Part shown: piece after piece, positions 1 through 10,208 of the stretch
Layout: every line of letters begins with the position of its first letter
How positions within the stretch are numbered: position 1 is the first letter of the stretch
Source: Rebecca billardiae RCC1528
Lineage: Eukaryota > Protista > Haptophyta
NCBI GenBank assembly: GCA_965240325.2
Contig: OZ251229.1
Location: 1,426,001-1,490,000 of the forward strand
DNA: 64,000 bases
Reading direction: 5' to 3'
Notes under the pieces: model-generated
The model's database searches: none
What the model saw: only the letters and a program-made list of their open reading frames with translations
Told to the model about the DNA's origin: nothing
Translations under genes and position numbers: made by a program

Positions 1-481
1 CTAAAGCACCCTGCTGTCACACCCGACTCCTTCAGTACTCCGAGCTCCGCGGCACGACTCACTCGGCACGATCGCGGACGGGTCGGATCCGAGCTGATCA
101 GCCAGAGTTGGACACAGTTGACAGTATGGCAGCTACTATGCAGTAGTAGTAATTCCGATGCCGATGGCACGATCGCGGACGGGTCGGATCCGAGCTGATC
201 AGCCAGTTGGACATTTGGCAGCTAGTTGTCAGACGGACGTCCGATTTGACGACCGGTGCCGGGTGCGGTCTCAGGTCCGCTGCTGTGATTGTGTGAAGTG
301 TGACGAATGAGTCTCGCGGTCGCGCAGGCAGGGCGACGGTCGGACTAATATAGCTTCAGTCATCTCAGAACCGACTTCAACTGGCGAACTGCCACTACGG
401 CGGAGAGCCGCGATTGCACGGCCACCGCGGGCCCCCAACTGCGTTGATTCTATGCAGAAAAGGACCGCGGAACGCGGTCAT
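1..481 (+). mobile_element. 3' part of a hairpin-terminated (Helitron2/Helentron-like) non-autonomous element; 5' end lies outside the window
   Basis: Ends in CACCGCGGGCCCCC...AAAAGGACCGCG-GAA-CGCGGTCAT (424-481). 1-481 aligns with the reverse complement of ~55234-55650. Confidence 0.8.
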
Positions 482-889
482 ATTTCCGAACAGTTATTGA
501 TATATCAGATAACACTTAACAGCATCAGTCTCAGCAGCAGCATCGCACATAATTGTTCGTCACGAGTAACTAGTGCGCGGCCCGTCGGCCGGGCGCCAGG
601 CTCAGCCAGCGCCGGTCGTCCGTTAGGCGTTACCGTTGCCACCGGTCCAGTGCTGCGTGCCGCCGCCGCCCCGCGGCCGCGCTGCTGAGTGCTGACTGCT
701 CACTGCTGACTCTGCAGACAGTAGAGGCCAGAGATGACGCGCACGCCTCAGCAGAGTCCGAGCTGAAGCTCAGGCGAGATTGACGCCATCATCAATTCTA
801 CTCAGCCACCGCGGTACCGCCCCATGGCCATGACTCAGCCGTCACACCGATGGTACCTGTAACTACTACTAGTAACACTGTCGTCTGCT

Positions 890-1418
890 TTGGCCCTGGC
901 AAGATATTTGAAATTTGTTTTGCACTATTGCCAGCGCGATTCTGCGAGACAATATTGTTCAAATAAACGGCAATATATCTGGGGCTTCCAGACGTCTGGA
1001 GCCGAATATCGGTCATATTGCCGTCCCACGGTCCCACCGCCGACCGCGTCCAGCAGGCTCCAGACGACCACACGACCGCCGATCTACCGCGACATGGCCC
1101 CTTCTCGACCAGAACAACATGCCTCTGGCAGTCGGCCAGCTCGTCGAGGACGAGATCATCGGCAAGGGACGCGTCGAGCTGCTCGGCGAGGCCCGGTCCG
1201 ACGGCATGGCGGCCAGGTGCAGCCATCCACTTTGAGGAGGACGGCGAGACCAAGTGAGTCGTCAGACGACGATGAGCCTTCACGGTCGGGGGCCACGCGC
1301 GGGCCGCGCGGCGCAGCGATATTCGATCAATATTGTGCAATATCTGCACTGAGAGGCTAGCGAATATCAAATAATACGATATTCTGGCCATCGGGAGGCA
1401 ATATCTTGCCAGGGGCAA
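890..1418. mobile_element. 529-bp MITE with 19-bp TIRs and 8-bp target-site duplication (hAT-like)
   Basis: TIRs TTGGCCCTGGCAAGATATT (890-908) and AATATCTTGCCAGGGGCAA (1400-1418), 1 mismatch. CGTCTGCT flanks both sides (882-889, 1419-1426). Subterminal AATAT/ATATT repeats; no transposase. Confidence 0.85.
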
Positions 1419-1791
1419 CGTCTGCTGAGTTCATGGCCCGCGGTGTAGGGCGGAGCGCGTAGCGTGGAGCCCCGCCGGGGGCCCTCACTACGTTGTCAAA
1501 AAGATCTTTTCATCTTTTGATCAAAGAAAAGGGGACGGGGGACGATTTTGAGGGGTGTTGGAGGGTGAGTTTTCGCTTTTTCGAGGGGTACGTTGGCCCA
1601 TAGTGCTCTGCATTAGCAACTACGCGCTTGACGAAATAAGCGCGCCCACGCCATTCCGCATAAGTCGATGGACGGACGTGGGATCAGATACCCCGGGGGT
1701 GAAACAAGTGAGTATTTTTGTCATTCTTGTATGCTGGAGTACGAGTTTGCCGAGCGACGTTTGATTGTTTCGAGTCAAAAACTTGTTATGA

Positions 1792-2088
1792 GAAGGATCC
1801 CAGCAAAACCGTTTAATTGGAGCTACGGGAGCTACGACCTGATGGAGATCGCCGTAAACGCTATTATCTCGTTTGGTTTTGATTCTTGCCGAAGCAGAGA
1901 TAACCGTGATCACTATCTATCTCCATTCGATCTTACGCGAAGGATCCCAGCAAAACCGTTAATTGGAGCTACGGGAGCTACGACCGCTAATGGAGATCGC
2001 CGTAAACGCGATTATCTCGTGTAGTTCTGATTATTGCCAAAACAAAGATAACCGTAGTCGCTATCTATCTCCATTCGATCTTACGCGC
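1792..2088 (+). repeat. Tandem duplication of a ~148-bp unit inside the element
   Basis: GAAGGATCCCAGCAAAACCGTT...CTATCTATCTCCATTCGATCTTACGCG occurs at ~1792-1938 and ~1939-2088. Confidence 0.9.
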
Positions 2089-2589
2089 CAACTACCTTAT
2101 TTATGGGGTTACTCAGGCCATTTGATAATTGATTTTGAAGCGGTTGCTCAGGACTGGTCAGCTCGCACCGCAGATCAGCGCGACGTGCCGCGTTGGCGGC
2201 GGAGGCGGCCGCCGCCGACGCCTCGCCCGGCGGCGGCGCGTGGCGTGGCACGCGGGTTCAGGCCAGGTGCCGCAGTGCATCCAGGACCGCCGCCGCGTCA
2301 GGACGGCGAGCGCACGGGCCGTGCCCGCCGCCGGGGCGTGCGGCCGCCAGTCAAACTCGGCGCGAACCGCGGCAGTGAAGATGATCAACACAGCGAAGAA
2401 GCAGGTGGTGATCGAGGCGCTGGGCCTAGTGGGCCTGAACATGATGCTGCGCATCTTCTTGGGCCTGCCCGACGCGCACCCCACGCAGACGTCGCTTCTG
2501 GGCGAGTGGCACTCGCGACCCGTGACTGTTCCCGGTCGACTCGCTCGCACTTCGCAGGCCGTGTTCACTCAAGCTGGTCTTCGTCTACT

Positions 2590-2922
2590 GTCCTCCGCGT
2601 CGCGACGATGGGCTCGACGGAGCCGCACAACCTGCAGCTGCTGCAAGATTCACGCACCCTGCGCGTGCGCTGCCCCGAGACCGCGCCGCCGCCACCGCGC
2701 GTCTTCCGCGTCGCGACGATGGGCTGGCGACGGAGCCGCACAACTGCTGCAGCTGCTGCAAGATTCATTCATTCACGCACCCTGCGCGTGCGCTGCCCCG
2801 AGACCGCGCCGCCGCCACCGCGCGTCTTCCGCGTCGCGACGATGGGCTGGCGACGGAGCCGCACAACTGCTGCAGCTGCTGCAAGATTTATTCACGCACC
2901 CTGCGCGTGCGCTGCCCCGAGA
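2590..2922 (+). repeat. Three tandem copies of a ~110-123-bp unit inside the element
   Basis: CCGCGTCGCGACGATGGGCT...CACGCACCCTGCGCGTGCGCTGCCCCGAGAC is repeated three times; the ORF track shows the duplicated peptide. Confidence 0.9.
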
Positions 2923-4227
2923 CTACTCGAGGGACTGGTCGCAACCGCCTCCGGGGCTGGCCGTCACCCCGCTGGCGCCGGGCGGCCCCGGGTCGCGGGA
3001 CTACTGTAGCCGCGCAGCCATTCCGGAATCCGGTGGCGGGGCGTGCGGCCCCGGGCTGCCATCGGCATCGCCATCGGCATCGGGCATCGCCATCGGCCCC
3101 GGCCGAGTTGCCGAGGCAAGCCGACGGCGACGTGCCGCTGCGAGCCGGAGCCTTGACTCTTGACTCTTGAGGCTTGACGAGTGGCATGGCCCATGCGGCA
3201 GTAGTTAGTCGCCGGACTCGGGCCGTATCGCCATCGGCGATCCAGAGTCCTCGCTCGGCCCCCGGGCCGCAGCCCGGGCCCGGAGAGTGGGCGGGCAACT
3301 GAGTGAGTGAGCCGTAGTGGCACTGCTCACAGGCGAACTGTTGGTTGGCACCGACGGTCAGACTATAATAATTAGATGACAGACAGCGTCTGTATGACGA
3401 TACATACTGGCTTATTCGGTTAGCAAGCCGACAGAGAGTCGGCACCGCGGGCCCCTAACTACGTTGGTTCTACGAAAGGACCGCGGAACGCGGTCATATA
3501 TAATATAAATCGACCGCCACTGCTCTGCTGATACTTGATAATGATTCGTGAATGAGCAGGCGGCACTCTGCCGTCTGACTGACGCCGCCTGTGACTGACG
3601 CGCTCACGACTGCTGCTGATGACTTTATTGAATAGTTTATTATTGCATGATGATGTTCTGAATCGGACTGATCGACCACCCGTCCCAGACGAAAGCCCGT
3701 GAGCCCGTCTTCGGCTCAGCGGGCTCATGAGGTACCGACGGTATATACCTCATGAGCTCCCTGACTGAGTATTTCAGAAACTGACCGCCACGCACTAGGT
3801 AGCTAGCAGTTGCGGGTATTTTCCAATACCACGGACTCGACTGGCGAGTGGCCTTAATCTGCACTCTACTGAAGCGCGACTCGCTCGCTCGCGCGCGCAA
3901 AAGTGTGCGCCCGGACTGCCCCAATAATAAAATCTGGCGAAATCTGCCTCATTTCAGACTCTTTCAGACTCTAAAATTTTCAGACGATTTTTCCGGGTGA
4001 CTAAGCACCAGATCGACATCTGATTCTGCCAGATCGACATCTGCCGCGCTCCGGACTGTGGTTGGGCACGCCCGCGCGGGCGATGCCTCGTTGTCCCGAA
4101 TGCTGTTGTGCCCGCATGATCCTTTGCCCGATGGTCCGGCCGCGCCCGCCCGGGACGAGCGGGGCAGAACAGCCTAGTGTCGGGGGCTGGGACGGGACTC
4201 ACGGGTGGCCGGCGCGCGTGTCACCAC

Positions 4228-6974
4228 TCACCAGTCCGGGATGTGGAGGCACCCGACGCCCTCGCTGAGCGTAGCCGCGTCGTCATTTGCACTGACGGTG
4301 TCGCCGTCGTTGAGGCGTTCGCCGCAGTCGACGCCGGCGCTAGCGGCCTGCCGCCCACGATCGCTGCGGCCGTCGCGCTTGGCCAGCTCCGCGGCGTCAC
4401 CCTGCGAGAAGTCCTTGGCCGAGTCGCGTCGCATCTTCTGCGCGAAGTCCGCGAGGTCGACCTCGAAGCAGCTCGTGTCCACGGGCGACTCGAGCTCCGG
4501 CCGGTACGGCGGCATGGCCGAGCGCGACATGATGGATCGGAAGTCGAAGTGCTCGAACCACGGGTGCTCCATCACGTCCGTCATGCCGCGCTCCAGGTTG
4601 CCGAGCCGCTCGGCGAGGTTCACGCTGAGGAGTCGCTCGATGATGCCGCGCGCGTCCGCGCTGAGCTGCGGCTCGTCCTCGGTGGGCCAGGTGATGCGCG
4701 CGCACAGGATGTCCTTCATCAGCCTCATCACGTCCGCCTCCTCACTCAGGCCCACCGGGTCGGGGTGCGTACCCTCGGCGCGCGCGTCGAGCCGACGCGC
4801 CCCTCGGCCGCGCTGCGCGCTGTCGGGCGGCAGGAAGGGCGTGCGCCCGACGAGCATCTCGAAGATCAGCACGCCAAACGACCACCAGTCCGCTGCAAAG
4901 GCGTGGCCAGAGCGCCGAATCACCTGCTCGCATCAGCAGCGCGCACGGCGGCGCGCGTGCGAGGCAGCGCGCGCGCGGGCAAGGGCCTCACCAACAGCGC
5001 GAGGCGAGCGCGAGGCTGGGCCGCGCGAGGCGCGCGCAGAAATGATGGCCAGACGCGACCATCGGCGCATCAGCCCCGACGACCTCGCGCGCTGCGCACC
5101 TCCGGTGCCATGTACTCGAGGGTGCCCACCGCGGAGTAGGCGCGCTCGCCGCGGTCAAGCCGCCTCGCCATCCCAAAGTCGACGAGCCGCGGGAAGCCCT
5201 GCGCGTCGATGAGAACATTCTCAGCCTTGAGGTCGCGGTACACGTGCTGCAGCTCGTGCACGCGCGCGAGCGCGAGCGCGGTCGCCGCCGCGTAGAACCG
5301 GGCCTGCTGCTCGTCGAGGTGGCCGTTGTCACGCACGAGCGAGAAGAGCTCGCCGCCAAGGCACGGCTCGAGCAGCAGGTACGCGGTCCGCTCGTCTTGG
5401 TACGTGCCGTGCAGCGCGGCGATGCACGGGTGGCCGCGTGCGGCGAGCAGGACGTCGCGCTCCGTCACGAGGCGGAGGAGGTCGGACGGGCGGGCCAGTC
5501 TGCGCTTGGGCACTGCCTTGAGCGCGAAGAGGCGGCACGACGGCGGGTGCTCGACCAGCGTCACGGCGCCCGAGGTGCCCGCGCCGAGCGCGGCGATCAC
5601 GACCAGCTCACGGCGCGGCGGCGCCAGCGCGACCCCCGCGCTGAGCGCTCGCCGAGGCGCGGGCGTCGCCGTTGCGAGCGAGGGACAGCCGTGCTCAGCG
5701 TCCGAGCCGCCGCGCGGCGCGTTGGCGGCGGCGTCGCGCGCGATGCGCTGCTCGAGCACGCCGCGCAGGGGTCCGAGCAGCTGCTCGAACGCCTGGCGCG
5801 TGATCACGATGCAGACGGTGGGCACCGTCGCCTGCACGGTCGCAGAGCGCCGCTCGCGGGTGAGCAGCGCGCGCTCGCCAAAGTACCCGCCCTCACCGAC
5901 GACGCCGCAGTAGCTCCGCCGCTCGTCGGCGGGCGAGGACCGCGTGACGACGACCGAGCCCGAGCGGACGAGGAACATGGCGCTCCCCACCTCGCCCTCC
6001 TCCAGGATGGTCTCGCCCGCGCCAAAGCTCACCTCCTCGCACGCGTCCGCCACCTTGGACAGGGCCTCGTCGTCCAGGCTGCTCAGCACCTCCGCGGAGC
6101 GCAGAGCCTGCAGGAGCGCCCGGCGGCTGAGCACCGCGTCCGCGCGCATGGAGCCCGAGAGCTCCGAGCGCCGCAGCTGCCACGCGCGCACGCGGCTGCG
6201 CGCCACCGCGGTCGACGGGCACACCGACTCATGGAGGGCGCTCAGCTCACCGCAGACGGCGCCCGCACGCAGCGTCGCGAGCGCGGGCCCGCCGTGCGTC
6301 CCGCCCGCGAGCACGTCGAGCTCGCCCTCGTCGATGATGAAGCAGCTGTCGCCCGCCTCGCCCGCGCGCATCACGATCTCGCCGGGCTCAAACGTGACGG
6401 GGTGAAGCAGTCGGCTCGCAGCCGCCAGGTCGCTCGGCAGCAGCTCGGCAAGAAGCGAGTGGCGCGCGTGCAGGCACTCGAGCGCGCGCGCGGCCTCCTC
6501 CGCGGAGAGCGCGGCGTCGCTGGACGCCGGCCCACGCGGCTCGGACACCTGCGCGAGCGTGTCGCACGCGTCGAGCAGGAGGCCGTGAAAGCGGCGGCGG
6601 AATGAAGCGCCCGCGCTCGCGCCCGCAGCGGGCGAGGCTGTGCCAGTCAGCCCGAGCGATGGCCGCCGCTCCGGCGTCCAGGAGGTGGAGGCGGGCGGCG
6701 TCTGCGCGTTCATCCGTCGAAGCACGTGCGCTGGCTCCTCCTCCGCAGCGTACTCGTGACTGGTGCGCATGATGGCCTCAAGCGTGCCAGCCCCCTGCAG
6801 CGTGCTCGGGCTCGCCGAGCCGCGGCGGCTCAGCACCGGCCGCGGCGTCGTCGTGCCGGAGGCGTTGCCGAAGGACGCGCCGGATTGCTGGTGCCGCTTG
6901 AGCTCGCGCCGCAGCCGCGCGTTCTCGAGGCGCAGGAGCTCCAGCTCATCCTGGAGCTCATCCACCATGCCCAT
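4228..6974 (-). CDS. cGMP/cAMP-dependent protein kinase (coiled coil, two cNMP-binding domains, AGC kinase domain); one intron 4924-5099
   Basis: cNMP motifs (FEPGEIVMRAGEAGDSCFIIDEGE; GYFGERALLTRERRSATV). Kinase motifs LGAGTSGAV, FALK, YRDLKAEN, DFG, GTLEYMAPE, DWWSFG and an AGC C-tail. A GT..AG intron joins ORFs 5070-7583 and 4228-4923. Confidence 0.9.
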
Positions 6975-7155
6975 CCCTTGCTCACACACCTCGCGCAGCC
7001 ATGCTTGAGACTGCCAACAACAGGCAGAACAATCCGGCGCCCCCGGATTGTAGATTGGAGGCTGGAGAGCTGGACCGGAATGACATCCAGCGCGAACCTT
7101 CGCCGATCGACAGGACGCTGGGTAGGGTGTCGGCCGCGCGGAACCGCACACATCA

Positions 7156-8631
7156 ATGACGATGATGAAGCTGAGGACGCGCGTCCTCATCATCGCCACG
7201 GTGTCGTTGTGCGGCTGCGCAGGCGTCTCGCACGCGCTGTCCCGAGCACCCACGCACCTGCGCACAGCGGGTGCACGGCGCACGCCGGCCGCGGCGCGGA
7301 GCACACCGCAGTTGGGATTGCGTTCGAGCTCGCCGGCGCAACAACTGGCCGCCAAGGTCGCCAGCGCGATGCTTGGCGTCGCTCTTGCGCTGCAGCCGCC
7401 CGTGCTCGGCGCGCCAGCCGTGCCGGCGGCTTGGGCGGAGAAGGCGCCGTACGTCAAGTCGAGTGACTCCGGCATTGGCCTCTTCGTCAACAAGGATGGC
7501 AAGTCCATCCTGCGGCTCACGCTTCCAAAGATCGCGGAGCTGCCAGCGCTTCCAGAGGCGCAGGAGCTCGTGGAGACGATCAAGCTGCGCTTCGACCAGG
7601 TGGGCTACAAGCGCGATCCCGTGTGGGCCGCGGCCGCGCAGGACGCCGGCAGCCTCAAGCGCACGCTCGAGGCCGCCGACGCAGACATCCGCGCCAAGGT
7701 GCCCAGCTCTCAGCGCGCGGACGTCGGCTCACGCCTCGATAAGATCAAGGGGAACCTGCAGCCGCTGGAGCAGGCGCTGCGCGAGAAGGACATCGGCGCC
7801 ACGACGCGGCTGCAGCAGACGATCGCCAATGACCTCGCCGACCTCCAGCTCGTCCTGCTCCCCAAGAAGACGCTGCCGTACGAGCTGCCCGACATGTACA
7901 AGGACCTGCCGCAGCTGCGCGGCCGCGCGGAGGTCGAGATGAAGCTCGAGAAGGGCAAGGGGAACAAGAAGCGGTTCTGCGCCGAGACGGGCAACCTGTA
8001 CGCCGGGCGGTACGGCATGAGCTACTCCGAGATGAAGGCGGAGGACGCGGACAAGAAGGGCTTCGAGTGCGCGCCCGAGAACACGGACTCGGACGCGACG
8101 ATCCGCCTCACGCTCGACGGCTACCACGCGCCGATCACGGCGGGCAACTTCCTCGCGCTGGTCAAGTCGGGCTTCTTCGACGGGATGCCGATCCAGCAGC
8201 TGACGGATCTATCCATCCAGACGGGCAACGCAGCCAAGGCGGGCAAGACCGCGCCCCCGCCCATCCCGCTCGAGATCTTCTACAAGCGGGACGCTGCGCC
8301 GACGTACTCGTTCACCTCGGACGAGGACAAGCGCGCGTCCGAGACGCTCGCGCTGCCCTTCCAGTCGTACGGCGCGTTGGGCATGGCGCGGATCAGCGCA
8401 GACTTCGGCGCCGAGGTGGACAACGACTCCGCCACGTCGGAGTTCTTCTTTGTCAAGTACGACCAGGCGCTGTTGCCGCCCGGCCGCAACACGCTCGACG
8501 GCGCGTACTCGTGCTTTGGCTACACGAGCGAGGGCGCGCCCTACTTGAAGCAGCTGGAGGTCGGCGACGTCATCAAGTCGGCAAAGGTGTTGTCCGGGCT
8601 CGAGAACTTCAAGCCTGCGGGCGGCAAGTAG
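7156..8631 (+). CDS. CYP38/TLP40-like thylakoid-lumen cyclophilin-type peptidyl-prolyl isomerase
   Basis: LPQLRGRAEVEM, LDGYHAPITAGNFLALV, IPLEI, LPFQSYGALGMAR, SEFFF, LDGAYSCFGY. N-terminal signal peptide, transit peptide and hydrophobic AxA lumen signal. Confidence 0.88.
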   Translation: MTMMKLRTRVLIIATVSLCGCAGVSHALSRAPTHLRTAGARRTPAAARSTPQLGLRSSSPAQQLAAKVASAMLGVALALQPPVLGAPAVPAAWAEKAPYVKSSDSGIGLFVNKDGKSILRLTLPKIAELPALPEAQELVETIKLRFDQVGYKRDPVWAAAAQDAGSLKRTLEAADADIRAKVPSSQRADVGSRLDKIKGNLQPLEQALREKDIGATTRLQQTIANDLADLQLVLLPKKTLPYELPDMYKDLPQLRGRAEVEMKLEKGKGNKKRFCAETGNLYAGRYGMSYSEMKAEDADKKGFECAPENTDSDATIRLTLDGYHAPITAGNFLALVKSGFFDGMPIQQLTDLSIQTGNAAKAGKTAPPPIPLEIFYKRDAAPTYSFTSDEDKRASETLALPFQSYGALGMARISADFGAEVDNDSATSEFFFVKYDQALLPPGRNTLDGAYSCFGYTSEGAPYLKQLEVGDVIKSAKVLSGLENFKPAGGK

Positions 8632-9329
8632 GAAGCTGGGGGCACGGAGCTCTCTGGACTCAACGACGACGACTTCACCACAAGGGCAAGGTACAGCGCC
8701 GGCCCGGAGCAGCCTTCGCGTCGCAACACCGCCCTCGACCTCGTCGTAACTCGTCAGTCGACTCAGTCTCAGTCACAGTGACAGTGAGTGTGACTCAGTC
8801 GTCGTCGCGCGGTCGAAATATATATATAGTACGTACGTACATTATTTGGCGGCGGAGCCTGAGACCTCAGCCTCTGCTCGTCGCGCGCAGTCTGAGTCGG
8901 CGAGTCGGCAGTCGCGCGGCCGCGGGGCGACGGTCTGTCGGACGGAGCTTCACTCTAATCAGCTGGCGGCCGGAGGGCCCCAGCGCGTAGTCGACTAGTC
9001 GATATAGCAGATATATCATCTGACGATATATTTCGATCGTCATCGCGGGCCGTCCGCGGCGTCCACGACCAGGTGCCGGCCGTTACGACGCAGCCTGACG
9101 ACTCTGAGAAGTGGGCCTTAGTGGGAGAACCAAGCGACGGCGCGACGGTGCCTCGTCTGGTGACCGGATCGCGGGAGCCTACACTAGGCGCGATGTCGGG
9201 CGATGAGAGCGCGCAAATGACCACGGCCGATATCTGCGCGCCGCTGAGCGGGCTTCCGCCCGCGCGGCGCGCTGGCGGCCACTCCGGCCGGTTGGCACCG
9301 CCAGCTGCGACCGGACGGCCTCCCCGTCC

Positions 9330-10079
9330 TCAGTCAAAGTCGTCGTCGTCGTCGTCGTCGATGATGGCGGTCTTGCCCACGAACTTCTTGCCAGCGCCAG
9401 CCTTGCTCGGCGCGGGCTTCTTCGCAGCGGGTTTCTTGGCGAAGTCGTCGTCGTCGTCGTCTGAGTCGTCGTCGTCGATCACGGCCGGCGCCTTCTTTGC
9501 CGCAGGCTTAGCCCTCGGCTTGGCGGTGCTGCGCGCGCGCTTGTCACCCGCCTTGGGCTTGGCGCCTGCCTTGGCGCCCGCCTTCCCCTTCCCCTTCGCG
9601 TCCGCCGCGGTTTTGCGCCCCTTGCCACGCCGTGGGTCGGGCTTGCGCACACGCGGCTTGCTCGGCGAGCGCGAGCGCGCGGCGCTGCTCGAGCCGCCGC
9701 GCGCGGCTGCCCTGGAGCTCTGCACCTTGGCGTGCAGCTTCTCAGCCTCCTCGCGCGGGAGCAGCCCGTGCTGCATCAGCCAGAGGGGCGCGATCTCGCT
9801 CTCGGGGCGCTGCTCGCGCAGTGTGGTGTAGAAGATGCGCAGCGACTCACTCTCCACCTGTCGCGTCCGCGCGCATCCGCGCAGCACGGCATGATGAGAG
9901 CGCGCCTTGCGAGCGCGCGCGCGCGCGCGCGCGTGCGCGCGCACCCCATTCGGATCAAGCTCCTTCGTCTGGCCGGGCATGTCATACACTTTGCGCTCCC
10001 GCTTCGGCTTCGCATCCGCCGCCGGCTTTGCGCCCTTCTCATCCTTCACCTCGGCCTTCGTCTTGCCCGCCGCCGCCAT
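9330..10079 (-). CDS. Conserved eukaryotic uncharacterised Lys/Asp-rich protein; in-frame 87-nt intron 9858-9944
   Basis: Core RKVYDMPGQTKE...ESLRIFYTTLREQRPESEIAPLWLMQHGLL. Strong coding-like codon usage. The (CG)n stretch is bounded by GT..AG. Confidence 0.75.
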   Translation of the reverse strand: MAAAGKTKAEVKDEKGAKPAADAKPKRERKVYDMPGQTKELDPNGVRAHARARARARKARSHHAVLRGCARTRQVESESLRIFYTTLREQRPESEIAPLWLMQHGLLPREEAEKLHAKVQSSRAAARGGSSSAARSRSPSKPRVRKPDPRRGKGRKTAADAKGKGKAGAKAGAKPKAGDKRARSTAKPRAKPAAKKAPAVIDDDDSDDDDDDFAKKPAAKKPAPSKAGAGKKFVGKTAIIDDDDDDDFD

Positions 10080-10208
10080 CCTTCCGCTCTACAGCTCGAA
10101 AGAGCGCCAAAGGCCAACCGACGACAGCGCAGCAGCTTGAGATGCTTGCAGGTTTGCAGTCCTTGCAGCGGTCCTTGCCTTGCAGTGGACCCGCGGCACG
10201 TGCCCGGC

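Larger units (their letters stand above)
1433..3497 (+). mobile_element. Full-length hairpin-terminated non-autonomous element, divergent subfamily with unique interior
   Basis: 5' end ATGGCCCGCGGTGTAGGGCGGAGCGCG...AAAGATCTTT...TTGATCAAAGAAAAGGGGACGGGGGACGATTTT at 1433-1550. 3' end CACCGCGGGCCCC...GGACCGCGGAACGCGGTCAT at 3443-3497. Confidence 0.8.

Noticed and set aside
1792-2922. CRISPR-like or LTR interpretation of the repeated units
   Set aside because: Units are contiguous tandem duplications with no unique spacers, cas genes, TG..CA LTR ends or PBS.
3940-4050. Short repeats TCAGACTCT x2 and CCAGATCGACATCTG x2
   Set aside because: No boundaries, TSD or second copy; cannot assign a function.
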